A stretch of DNA of 60,420 bases, taken from positions 1 to 60,420 of the forward strand of contig CALKRK010000167.1 of assembly GCA_937989675.1 (NCBI GenBank), in the 5' to 3' direction. Below the pieces are notes generated by a model, which was not told where the DNA came from, did not search any database, and worked only from the letters and a program-made list of their open reading frames with translations. The translations under genes were made by a program, and so were the position numbers. Source of the DNA: an uncultured Arenicella sp. (GTDB taxonomy: Bacteria; Pseudomonadota; Gammaproteobacteria; Arenicellales; Arenicellaceae). Shown piece by piece: positions 39,932-48,797 of the stretch. Within the stretch, counting starts at the first letter, position 1. Each line of letters begins with the position of its first letter.

Positions 39932-41341
39932 ATGACTAACACTGCAAGTAGTAGCTCAGAGACACTGCTGGTCACTGAAAATCAGATTCCTAATTCCATC
40001 AAGACATCTTGGGGCGTTGGCGCACTAGGCGTGTCTGTATTAATGAACGCCTTCTCGTTTCTAGTTCTTTTCTACTTAATCGGAGTATTAAAGATTGAGC
40101 CAGCTCTCGCTGGGTTTTTGGTGTTCGCAACTAAAATTTTTGATGTGATCAGCGACCCTGTGATGGGTGTTTGGAGCGATCGAGTCAAGTCATCGATGGG
40201 CCGGCGGAGGCCATTTCTGCTTCCAGGGGCAATTTTGTCGGGGGTTTCGTTCGCGCTGATTTTCACTACGCCTATATTCGAAAGTCAGGTCTATACCAGT
40301 GCTTATGTATTTGGTGCCATGCTCATCTACACACTTGGCTATACAATGTTTAACGTGCCCTATATGTCGATGCCAGCCGAGATGACCGACAACTTTCACG
40401 AGCGCTCATCTATCCATGGTTTTCGTGTTGTCTTTGTAACCATAGGTGGGCTAATCGCAGGCTCTGGCTTTACCTTGCTACTGGAAAAATTAGGTAAGAA
40501 CGAATGGTCTTCTTACGCAACAATAGGTGTGCTCGGCGGGTGCATCGTATTTGTATCCATGGCGATTACCTTTTTTGGAACCAAGAAAGCGCGTTTCACT
40601 AGCTCTGGTCAAACGGTACCAAATTTGGTCGGAGAGTTTTCGGCGATAAAATCGAACAAATATTTTATTCGTCTTATCTCTATCAAGGCTTGCCAACTCT
40701 TTGCGGTTGCCGCCTCTGGTTCAGCCATGGTCTTTTTCATCGTTAACACTTTGCAGTTAAATCTAAACGTGTTGGCACTTTTCTTTTTAGTTTTGAGCGT
40801 TGTTTCGATCATCGCCACACCGGTGCTAGTAAAACTCTCTAAGAAGATTGGTAAGCCTGGTGCTTATATTGTCTCCGCCACTTGCTATGTTTTGTACGCG
40901 GCTAGCTGGGTTTTCGCCGGGCCCAATGAACCGATGGCACTAATCATTTTACGTGCCTGTGTCGTTGGCGTTGCCGTTACCGGTAACATAATGCTTGCGA
41001 TGTCGATGCTAACCGACACAATTGAATACGATGCGCGCATCACCGGTGTTCGACGCGAAGGTGTTTATACCGCTATTTATAGTTTTGTTGAAAAATTCAC
41101 CTTTGCATTTGGGCCTTTGGTTATTGGGGTTGCTATGTCCCTCGCGGGTTTCGATAAGAGCTTGCCATCCGAAGAATTACAATCTCCGGCAGTGCGCCAA
41201 GCCTTTTTACTTGGCATGGCTTACATACCCGTGGTCATGGGCCTGATTTCCATCTTTTTAATTCGCGGCTATCGCTTAGATGAAAAGGCCTTGGACTCCG
41301 CTGGCCCAGCAAAAGATCTAGGATCAGCGAATCAAACTTAA
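39932..41341 (+). CDS. MFS transporter, GPH (MelB-like) family
   Basis: FDVISDPVMG.WSDR, GRRRPF, NVPYMSMPAEMTD...ER, RREG.Y. Confidence 0.9.
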   Translation: MTNTASSSSETLLVTENQIPNSIKTSWGVGALGVSVLMNAFSFLVLFYLIGVLKIEPALAGFLVFATKIFDVISDPVMGVWSDRVKSSMGRRRPFLLPGAILSGVSFALIFTTPIFESQVYTSAYVFGAMLIYTLGYTMFNVPYMSMPAEMTDNFHERSSIHGFRVVFVTIGGLIAGSGFTLLLEKLGKNEWSSYATIGVLGGCIVFVSMAITFFGTKKARFTSSGQTVPNLVGEFSAIKSNKYFIRLISIKACQLFAVAASGSAMVFFIVNTLQLNLNVLALFFLVLSVVSIIATPVLVKLSKKIGKPGAYIVSATCYVLYAASWVFAGPNEPMALIILRACVVGVAVTGNIMLAMSMLTDTIEYDARITGVRREGVYTAIYSFVEKFTFAFGPLVIGVAMSLAGFDKSLPSEELQSPAVRQAFLLGMAYIPVVMGLISIFLIRGYRLDEKALDSAGPAKDLGSANQT

Positions 41342-41359
41342 ACCTATATTATAGAACTC

Positions 41360-42439
41360 ATGGCGTTTGAACACCTACAATTGAAACAGCGCGGGCGAGC
41401 TGAAATTGATTTCATGTTAAGCACATTCTTAGGCAGCTCCACTGTTCGCGAATCTGCAGAACAGGCGGTTCAATCAGCGATCGAAGAGCTTGCCGGTAGT
41501 ATCGAGGCCTTGCCTGAGAACCTTGATGAGCGTAATAGTCAACTTGAAAGCTTTCTTTATAACGTAAGGTCATTTCGCGTTCAGCAATTGCTTGGGGAGT
41601 GGTATTCAAGAAATCATGGCGCTGCTGCAGTGCGAGCATTCGAAGAAGTCCAAGCAAAATTGCAGATTGAGCTTGATCAGTTGAGTAGTGGCAAGACGAC
41701 ACTCGAAACCTTTCCGGACTTTCAGGCACCTGACTATTGGCGCGATGTTGACTTCCATCGAACAGAAGGTGGCTGGGATGGCCACCCTTACATGGGTTTT
41801 GTACACGGTGAAATTGTGCATCGAAAAATGGTTGACTCGCTTTTTCCTGGAGGTATTTTTAAACAGCGTCGGCAAGTCGCTGCATTAGCAAAGCAAGATC
41901 ACTACGATAACATCCTAGACATGGGCTGCTCTACTGGGCACTTCACTAAGGCACTGGCTGAAACTTACCCAAACGCAAGTATCACCGGCACAGACCTGTC
42001 ACTAAAAACGCTTGAACATGCGCAACGTGTCGGTAACGCACACGGTTACTCATGGCGCTTACTGCAACGAGCGGCTGAGGATACAAAACTAGCACACGAC
42101 TGTTTCGACTTAGTCACCTCTTACATCTTGCTGCACGAGATGCCGGCCAGTGCAATTGCGGCTGTCTTTGCCGAATCCTTTCGCGTGCTAAAACCCGGGG
42201 GCGAAATACTAATGAGCGATGTTAGCCGCTATACCGATTTAAATAAGCTTGAACAATGGCGCGCTGATCGTGGCGCGATGTACGGTGGCGAACCGCATTG
42301 GCGGGCTTCGGCCAGTCTTGATTTGAGCAAAATTGCCAAAGATGCTGGATTTATAAAGGTGAACGCTGGCGGTGTTCAAGGAGCCAAGTACCCCTATGTT
42401 GTCCAAGCAATCAAACCACATGAGGTTGGTAATAGATGA
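41360..42439 (+). CDS. Class I SAM-dependent methyltransferase-fold protein with a long N-terminal extension (paralog of 17891..18958)
   Basis: ILDMGCSTG, GTDLS, FDLV, YILLHEMP, RVLKPGG. Confidence 0.85.
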   Translation: MAFEHLQLKQRGRAEIDFMLSTFLGSSTVRESAEQAVQSAIEELAGSIEALPENLDERNSQLESFLYNVRSFRVQQLLGEWYSRNHGAAAVRAFEEVQAKLQIELDQLSSGKTTLETFPDFQAPDYWRDVDFHRTEGGWDGHPYMGFVHGEIVHRKMVDSLFPGGIFKQRRQVAALAKQDHYDNILDMGCSTGHFTKALAETYPNASITGTDLSLKTLEHAQRVGNAHGYSWRLLQRAAEDTKLAHDCFDLVTSYILLHEMPASAIAAVFAESFRVLKPGGEILMSDVSRYTDLNKLEQWRADRGAMYGGEPHWRASASLDLSKIAKDAGFIKVNAGGVQGAKYPYVVQAIKPHEVGNR

Positions 42440-42711
42440 GCAAAACACCCCAAAGCTTTAATAAGCCAGGCAGACCCACACTTGAAGATACTGACATTGC
42501 TGGTGTTGGCGCCGCGGTTTTAACTCTTACTCGAGAACTTTGGATTCTCAACGATCGAGTTCAGGTTCTTGAGGCCGTGCTCGCCGAAAAAGGCATCGAG
42601 GTACAGCAAGAAATCGAGAATTATCAACCTAGCGAAGAAATGCAAGCTCGCTTAAATGAACAAAGCCAAGCCTTAGTCGAAAAAGTATTGGCGGCTATGC
42701 AAAGCGACTAA
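42436..42711 (+). CDS. Small helical hypothetical protein (paralog of 17532..17843)
   Basis: Start overlaps the methyltransferase stop by 4 nt; shared motif L.LT...W...DR..VLE.VL.E...IE.Y.P. Confidence 0.8.
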   Translation: MSKTPQSFNKPGRPTLEDTDIAGVGAAVLTLTRELWILNDRVQVLEAVLAEKGIEVQQEIENYQPSEEMQARLNEQSQALVEKVLAAMQSD

Positions 42712-42761
42712 ATAGATATGTTTCTTAGCAAGCAATTCACCATCAACCAATGAGGAATACC

Positions 42762-44261
42762 ATGACGTTTCAACCAAATGTTGCCGGAACCCTAAGCTTT
42801 CTTGAAACTAAGAAGCGTCAGCTCTTGATTGATAACCAATGGGTAGATAGTAGCGGTTCAGATACATTAGGGAGCATCGACCCAGCTAACGGTCAGACGT
42901 TGGCGGAAATTGTAGACGCCAATGCTGAAGATGTAGATCGTGCAGTTGCTTCATCTAGAAAAGCCTTGCACAGCACAGCGTGGTCACAAATGACACCCGC
43001 CGAGCGTGGTCGCTTATTATGGAAGCTCGGTGAGTTAATGGAAGCCAACATTGATGAGTTGGCCGAGTTGGAAACGCTGGACCAAGGCAAACCGCTTTTT
43101 GTGGGTCGCTGGGCAGAAATACCTGGAGCCGTTGAACAATTTCGATTCTTTGGTGGTGCCACTTCTAAAATCGAAGGCTCGACCATTCCAACATCAATTA
43201 ATTATCAACCTGAGGGCAAACAAATGTTTGCCTATACACGTAAAGAACCTATTGGTGTGGTTGCCGCGATCGTGCCATGGAATTCGCCATTAGTGCTCAC
43301 CGCGATGAAACTCGCGCCTGCTCTAGCAGCGGGTTGTACGGTGGTATTAAAGCCTGCTGAAGATACATCACTAACGGCCCTACGCCTTGGCGAATTGATC
43401 ATCGAAGCCGGTTTTCCACCTGGCGTAGTAAACATTGTGACGGGCAAGGGCTCTACCACTGGTGCCGCCTTGGCGGCACATGATGATGTTGATAAAGTAG
43501 CTTTCACCGGTTCGACTGAAACAGGGCGAGCAATTTTGGATGCCGCCAAGTCGAATCTGAAAAAGGTAACGCTCGAGCTCGGCGGTAAATCGCCTGTGAT
43601 TGTATTAGCTGATGCCGATCTAGAGTTAGCCATTCCAGGCGCTGCGAACGCGATCTTTTTCAACGGAGGTCAAGTCTGCGTAGCTGGCTCTCGACTTTAT
43701 GCGCACTCATCCATATTCGATCAACTTGTTGAAGGCGTTTCAACGGCGGCAAATGACTTGAAGCTCGGTCATGGTTTAGACCCATCCGTGCAAATGGGTC
43801 CTTTAGTCAATGCTCGACAAGCACAACGCGTTGAGAAATTTATAAGGCAGGCTTCTGCTGATGGTTGCGAGCTTGTTACGGGTGGCAAGGCTATAGACGG
43901 AGATGGCTTTTTCGTCGAACCAACGGTTATAGCGAATGTTAAAAACGATATGGAAATCGTGCGTGAAGAGGTGTTTGGCCCAGTACTTGTGTGCCAGAGC
44001 TTCGATGACATCGAACAAGTCACCAGCTTGGCAAACGACTCGAAATACGGTTTGGCAGCAAGCATCTGGACCGAGTCTTTGTCACATGCACATCGGATGG
44101 CCGAAAAAGTGCGTGCAGGCACCGTCTGGATCAACTGCCATTCAATGTATGACGCAAGTCTGCCGATTGGAGGAATGAAGCAATCGGGTTGGGGGCGAGA
44201 CAGCGGTGTTCAGGCGATTAATAATTACCTAGAAGTAAAAACTGTCTGCGCAGTTATCTAA
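42762..44261 (+). CDS. Aldehyde dehydrogenase
   Basis: PWNSP, FTGS, LELGGK, GQVCVA, EEVFGPV; GAGGA RBS before ATG 42762. Confidence 0.93.
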   Translation: MTFQPNVAGTLSFLETKKRQLLIDNQWVDSSGSDTLGSIDPANGQTLAEIVDANAEDVDRAVASSRKALHSTAWSQMTPAERGRLLWKLGELMEANIDELAELETLDQGKPLFVGRWAEIPGAVEQFRFFGGATSKIEGSTIPTSINYQPEGKQMFAYTRKEPIGVVAAIVPWNSPLVLTAMKLAPALAAGCTVVLKPAEDTSLTALRLGELIIEAGFPPGVVNIVTGKGSTTGAALAAHDDVDKVAFTGSTETGRAILDAAKSNLKKVTLELGGKSPVIVLADADLELAIPGAANAIFFNGGQVCVAGSRLYAHSSIFDQLVEGVSTAANDLKLGHGLDPSVQMGPLVNARQAQRVEKFIRQASADGCELVTGGKAIDGDGFFVEPTVIANVKNDMEIVREEVFGPVLVCQSFDDIEQVTSLANDSKYGLAASIWTESLSHAHRMAEKVRAGTVWINCHSMYDASLPIGGMKQSGWGRDSGVQAINNYLEVKTVCAVI

Positions 44262-44292
44262 CGCGGCATACTTATCAGTCGGAGAAAGATTA

Positions 44293-46593
44293 ATGAAGAA
44301 AGTTGCTATTGTTCTACTCGTACTCGCCATCATTGCTGGCGCACTCTACGCAAAAGATCCAATCTTTTGGAAACGGTTCAGCACCTTACTTGAAGCGAAA
44401 ATCCAAAAAAAATCACCAGGCCAATGGTATGCCCCGCTAGCGAAAGTGGACGCACAAAAGGGTGAAGCGTTAGCTACTGGCAAGGCTGACCCAAAGTTAG
44501 AGTCTGCTATTGACGCTGCGCAAGCCTATGTTGCTGGCTTAAACTCTTCGGCTTTTATGGTTTGGCAAAACGGTAAGTTACTGCGTGAGACTTACTTTAA
44601 CAGTACCGACGAAGATACATTAATCGTATCTAAGAGCATGGCTAAGCCATTGGCTTCAATGTTGGTGGCGCGCGCTATCGAACAGGGGTTTATAGACTCC
44701 TTGGACCAACCAGCCTCAGATTTTATTACCGAGTGGCAAGGCAAAGATAAAGCGGCCATCACGGTGCGCCATTTGCTTAATATGGCCAGCGGTTTAGAAC
44801 GCTTTTACCGCAATACAGCCAACCCATTTAGCTCCTTTCATCAAGGCTTCCTGAGTAGCTATCACGATGAGTATATTGTCAACAAGGTGCCACTGGTCGA
44901 AGAACCCGGCTCCTACTACGATTATTCGCAATTTACTTCAGACATCGTTGCCATATTGATTGAACGCGCGACGAAGCAGAAATATCAAGACTATTTAGCC
45001 AATCAACTGTTAAAACCGATTGGTGCTGCTGGCGGAGATATTTGGGTTAACCGTGAAGGTGGCGTTGCGCATTCAGGCTGTTGCGTTATGCTGCCAGCCG
45101 ATACTTGGTTACGCCTAGGTGTATTACTTGCGCAAAATGGCGAATGGCAAGGCAATCGCTTGTTGCCAGATTGGTGGAATGCGGAAATTCTCAAAGGCTC
45201 TGCCAACAATCCAAATTATGGACTCTATTTCTGGACCGGCACTCCGTTCGCGCCGAGACGCCACTTTGTAGACCCAGAATATCTTCCAAACCCTGGCATA
45301 AAACAATCACAACCCTACGCCGCCGAAGATCTATTTATGTTTGATGGGAACGGCAGTCAGGTTATCTATATTGTTCCCTCAAAAAAGCTAGTAGTTCTGA
45401 GAACCGGCGGCTGGCCGCCTAAAGATGCTGACGGTAATGAGTGGGACAACACCATCGTTCCAAATACAATTCTAGCGGCGCTTGAAAAACCAACCGGCGG
45501 GGCTTCTACCCAACCGTCGTTTGCTGACGCTATGCAAACCTACCAAGGTTTAAGCCGGGTCAGCGGTAAGTTTGAGACGCCAATCGAATCCGTAACATCA
45601 TCGACTGACTTCACCGACGCCATTGAGCACGCTAACAAAATGTCGAGCTATGGCTTATTAGTGTGGCACAAAGGCGCACTCAAACTAGAGCACTACGCCG
45701 ACGGATACGATCAATCCTTGCGCCCTGAAACGGCATCGATGCATAAATCCGTTTTAGCCATGCTGCTTCTAGCTGCTGTAGAAGATGGTTTTATTAAAAG
45801 TTTAGACGACCCTATTGGCGACTATTTACCTGCTTGGAAAGACTTACCACAGGGAGAGATACCGCTGCGCTCACTATTAACAATGTCGAGTGGTCTTAAA
45901 CCTCTAAGCGGCGAAGGTGGAATGAACTCGCCGCGAACCCGTTTTTTCATAGACGGCAAAAACGCACGCACAACCATTTTGGGGTTGGAGGCCGAGGTTG
46001 CTTGGGACTCACGCTTTTTCTACGCAAACACAAACAGTCAACTACTTTGCGCTGCTTTAGAAGCGGCGAGTTCCAAGCCTTATGCTTCCTATCTTTCAGA
46101 GCGCCTATGGAAACCACTAGGCGCGCAAGACGCTTATGTTTGGAACAACGAAGCTGATGGTTTTCCAAGAACCTACGCCAGCTTATTGGCGCGCCCAAGA
46201 GATTGGTTACGTTTGGGTTTGCTAATCAAGGATCACGGAGCGCTTGCTGGTGAACAAATACTATCTAAGAAATCAATTGAACAACTAACAAATCCATCTG
46301 CACGTAACCCAAATTACGGCCTGCATATATGGCTTGGCCGCGAATATGAAGCCATGCGTTTTTATAACGACCAAAACACCGGACCGGCTTTTGCATCAAA
46401 AGTGCCTTTTGCAGTAGACGACATGATCTACTTTGATGGCATCGGTGGCCAGCGAGTCTATGTTAGTCGCAAGCAAGATCTGGTTATTGTTCGAGTTGGA
46501 GATATGCGTTTTGACTGGGACGACACACATCTTCCTAATTTAGTCATTGAATCCTTGGCCAACAACACAAAACCTAAAGCGGCCGACCAGTGA
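44293..46593 (+). CDS. Membrane-anchored/exported serine hydrolase with two tandem beta-lactamase-fold domains
   Basis: N-terminal hydrophobic helix; domain 1 SMAK/YSQ/DGNGSQ; domain 2 SMHK/YAN/DGIGGQ. Confidence 0.85.
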   Translation: MKKVAIVLLVLAIIAGALYAKDPIFWKRFSTLLEAKIQKKSPGQWYAPLAKVDAQKGEALATGKADPKLESAIDAAQAYVAGLNSSAFMVWQNGKLLRETYFNSTDEDTLIVSKSMAKPLASMLVARAIEQGFIDSLDQPASDFITEWQGKDKAAITVRHLLNMASGLERFYRNTANPFSSFHQGFLSSYHDEYIVNKVPLVEEPGSYYDYSQFTSDIVAILIERATKQKYQDYLANQLLKPIGAAGGDIWVNREGGVAHSGCCVMLPADTWLRLGVLLAQNGEWQGNRLLPDWWNAEILKGSANNPNYGLYFWTGTPFAPRRHFVDPEYLPNPGIKQSQPYAAEDLFMFDGNGSQVIYIVPSKKLVVLRTGGWPPKDADGNEWDNTIVPNTILAALEKPTGGASTQPSFADAMQTYQGLSRVSGKFETPIESVTSSTDFTDAIEHANKMSSYGLLVWHKGALKLEHYADGYDQSLRPETASMHKSVLAMLLLAAVEDGFIKSLDDPIGDYLPAWKDLPQGEIPLRSLLTMSSGLKPLSGEGGMNSPRTRFFIDGKNARTTILGLEAEVAWDSRFFYANTNSQLLCAALEAASSKPYASYLSERLWKPLGAQDAYVWNNEADGFPRTYASLLARPRDWLRLGLLIKDHGALAGEQILSKKSIEQLTNPSARNPNYGLHIWLGREYEAMRFYNDQNTGPAFASKVPFAVDDMIYFDGIGGQRVYVSRKQDLVIVRVGDMRFDWDDTHLPNLVIESLANNTKPKAADQ

Positions 46594-46640
46594 ATCAAGC
46601 CTAATCATCGATTGCTAGAGTTCCTAAGAGAAATTTATAT

Positions 46641-47813
46641 ATGAGCACCAAAGACAGAGTTATTGTGATCGGCGCTGGGATGGGCGGTTTAGCCTTAGCG
46701 CTGGCCTTACTACGCCAAGGCCGTAAAGTATCAGTGTTCGAAGCAGCGCTACAATTGGCTGAGATCGGCGCAGGTCTTTCGCTCAGCCCAAATGCCACTC
46801 ACGCGCTTAATTATCTGGGCTTAAACGACTATTTAGCTAAAGCCGCAAATCGCCCGAGGGATACAATTTTATCTCACTACCGCACTGGTGAAGCGCTGGT
46901 CAAACAAGAACTTGGCGAAGATTTTCTAAATGAATTTGGCGCCGAGTATTATCAGATACATCGTGCCGATATGCACGCAGGCTTAGTTGATGCGGTTACC
47001 GCTTTAGACCCAAGTTGCATTACTCTTGGTTCTCGCTTTGTTGATTTTAGTCAAGACGAAAATTCCATCACGGCAACATTTGCTAATGGCAAAAGCGCTA
47101 CTGGCACCCTTTTGGTTGGTGCCGATGGTATTCGTTCTACCCTTCGCTCCAAACTAGTAGATGAAACTCCACCCAAGTTTACTGGGCAAGTGGCCTATCG
47201 CGCGACACTCGATGCTCGCGGCCTTGAACCACTTGCTGCCGGGGCAGATTCCAGCGTAACAGTCGGGCCAGGGCATATCTTCGTACGCTACCTAATTCGT
47301 CACCAAGAATTGCTCAACGTGGTCGCCATTGCTAAGTCTGACGCGTGGAAGGAAGAGGGTTGGAACACACCTGCAAGTAAGGACGAACTGCTAGCTGAAC
47401 ACCAAGGTTGGAACGACGAAATTCTGGACTTAATTCGAAAATCTTCTGAGGGTTCATTCTATAAGTGGGCCTTATTTGATCGCGAACCAATGGCTGAGTG
47501 GAACTTTGGTCGAGCAACTTTATTAGGAGACGCCGCACACCCTATGCTGCCTTTTCTGGGAATGGGTGCGGCAATGGCCTTTGAGGATGCCGTGGTTTTG
47601 TCACGTTGTTTGGAAAATTTCAACGATCAAGACATTGCCCTCGCGCGCTATAAGGCAGCGCGACATGAACGCACCTCAACCGTTCTGCAAACCTCGCGTG
47701 AACACGGCGAACGCCTGCAATCTTCAGACCCCGATAAAGTAGATTGGTCACAAGCAAAAGGCGGCAATGACTGGACATTTTTTACCTATAACCCTGTCGC
47801 CGTAGAGATTTGA
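46641..47813 (+). CDS. FAD-dependent monooxygenase (salicylate hydroxylase / 6-hydroxynicotinate 3-monooxygenase-like)
   Basis: GAGMGG, EIGAG, IHRAD, GADGIRS, GDAAHPMLPFLGMGAAMAFED. Confidence 0.88.
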   Translation: MSTKDRVIVIGAGMGGLALALALLRQGRKVSVFEAALQLAEIGAGLSLSPNATHALNYLGLNDYLAKAANRPRDTILSHYRTGEALVKQELGEDFLNEFGAEYYQIHRADMHAGLVDAVTALDPSCITLGSRFVDFSQDENSITATFANGKSATGTLLVGADGIRSTLRSKLVDETPPKFTGQVAYRATLDARGLEPLAAGADSSVTVGPGHIFVRYLIRHQELLNVVAIAKSDAWKEEGWNTPASKDELLAEHQGWNDEILDLIRKSSEGSFYKWALFDREPMAEWNFGRATLLGDAAHPMLPFLGMGAAMAFEDAVVLSRCLENFNDQDIALARYKAARHERTSTVLQTSREHGERLQSSDPDKVDWSQAKGGNDWTFFTYNPVAVEI

Positions 47814-47866
47814 GATCCCTCAATCACTCACTATTTATGGGACTAAGCTGCATTAAATTATGTAAC

Positions 47867-48733
47867 TCAAGTACTCAGTATATTTTTAGCACGTTGATAA
47901 ACCGGTAAATCAATCATCCGATTATTGTGCTTTACCGCAGCGTTGCCTTTAGCAAGCGCCTCTTCAAAGGCGTTTACTACCGCTTGCGCTTCTTCTATCT
48001 CAGCCTTAGAAAGACTGAAAATTTTCTTAGCCAGATCCACTTGCGTAGGATGAATGCACCACGCTCCATCTATGCCCATTGCCTTAGCTGTTTTAAATGC
48101 ATGCTCAAGCTCATCTAGCTCGGAAAAATTTGCGATGCTGGACGGATAAGCCCATACGGCTAGGTTAGCTTCACGTGCGCTATAGAGTAATCTGCGGCAG
48201 GGTTCTAGCAGGTTCTCGAAACTCGGTTCACAGCCTAACTCTAAGCACAGATCTTCTGTACCCAGTGCTAACCCGACCAAGCGTTCAGATGCATCGCACC
48301 AACCATCACGATTGACAATTCCGCTTACCGTTTCGATAAGCCCTAGTATTTTTGTTTTTCCTTTAACCACCTTGTGTTCAGCTTCAGCTTCTTCAATTAG
48401 CTGCACGGCCGTGTTTACTTGTGCACAAGTTTCTAGCTTCGGAATCGTAATAACATCAACACCAGCCTCTAGCGCTGCCTGTAAGTCTTTATAGAAGTTA
48501 AGCTTGTCATTGTTAACGCGCACGATAACCGTAATATTGTTTGCAGAAAGCTTCGCGCACGCGCTCTCTAGCTGTTGGCGCCCGGTTTCTTTACGCTCAG
48601 GCGCAAGGCTATCTTCAAGATCAAGTTGTACCGCATCTGGCTTATTCTTAATAGCAGAATCAAGAAATTTGGGCTTATCCGCCGGAATAAATAGAACAGT
48701 TTTTAGTGATCTAAATGACTGGTTATTCGTCAT
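47867..48733 (-). CDS. CitE/HpcH-family acyl-CoA lyase (citryl-/malyl-/citramalyl-CoA lyase-like)
   Basis: LFIPA, DLEDS, VRVN, PK.E, LIET, GTEDL, CIHP.Q, MIDLP. Confidence 0.88.
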   Translation of the reverse strand: MTNNQSFRSLKTVLFIPADKPKFLDSAIKNKPDAVQLDLEDSLAPERKETGRQQLESACAKLSANNITVIVRVNNDKLNFYKDLQAALEAGVDVITIPKLETCAQVNTAVQLIEEAEAEHKVVKGKTKILGLIETVSGIVNRDGWCDASERLVGLALGTEDLCLELGCEPSFENLLEPCRRLLYSAREANLAVWAYPSSIANFSELDELEHAFKTAKAMGIDGAWCIHPTQVDLAKKIFSLSKAEIEEAQAVVNAFEEALAKGNAAVKHNNRMIDLPVYQRAKNILST

Positions 48734-48797
48734 AGCTTTAGCCTTCTATAAATATGGGTGAGACGCCAATTTTCTGCTCCATTAACCGTTTCGAAAA

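Noticed and set aside
44293-46593. Beta-lactam resistance gene
   Set aside because: Lacks the KTG motif and lies in a catabolic operon; more likely an esterase/amidase.
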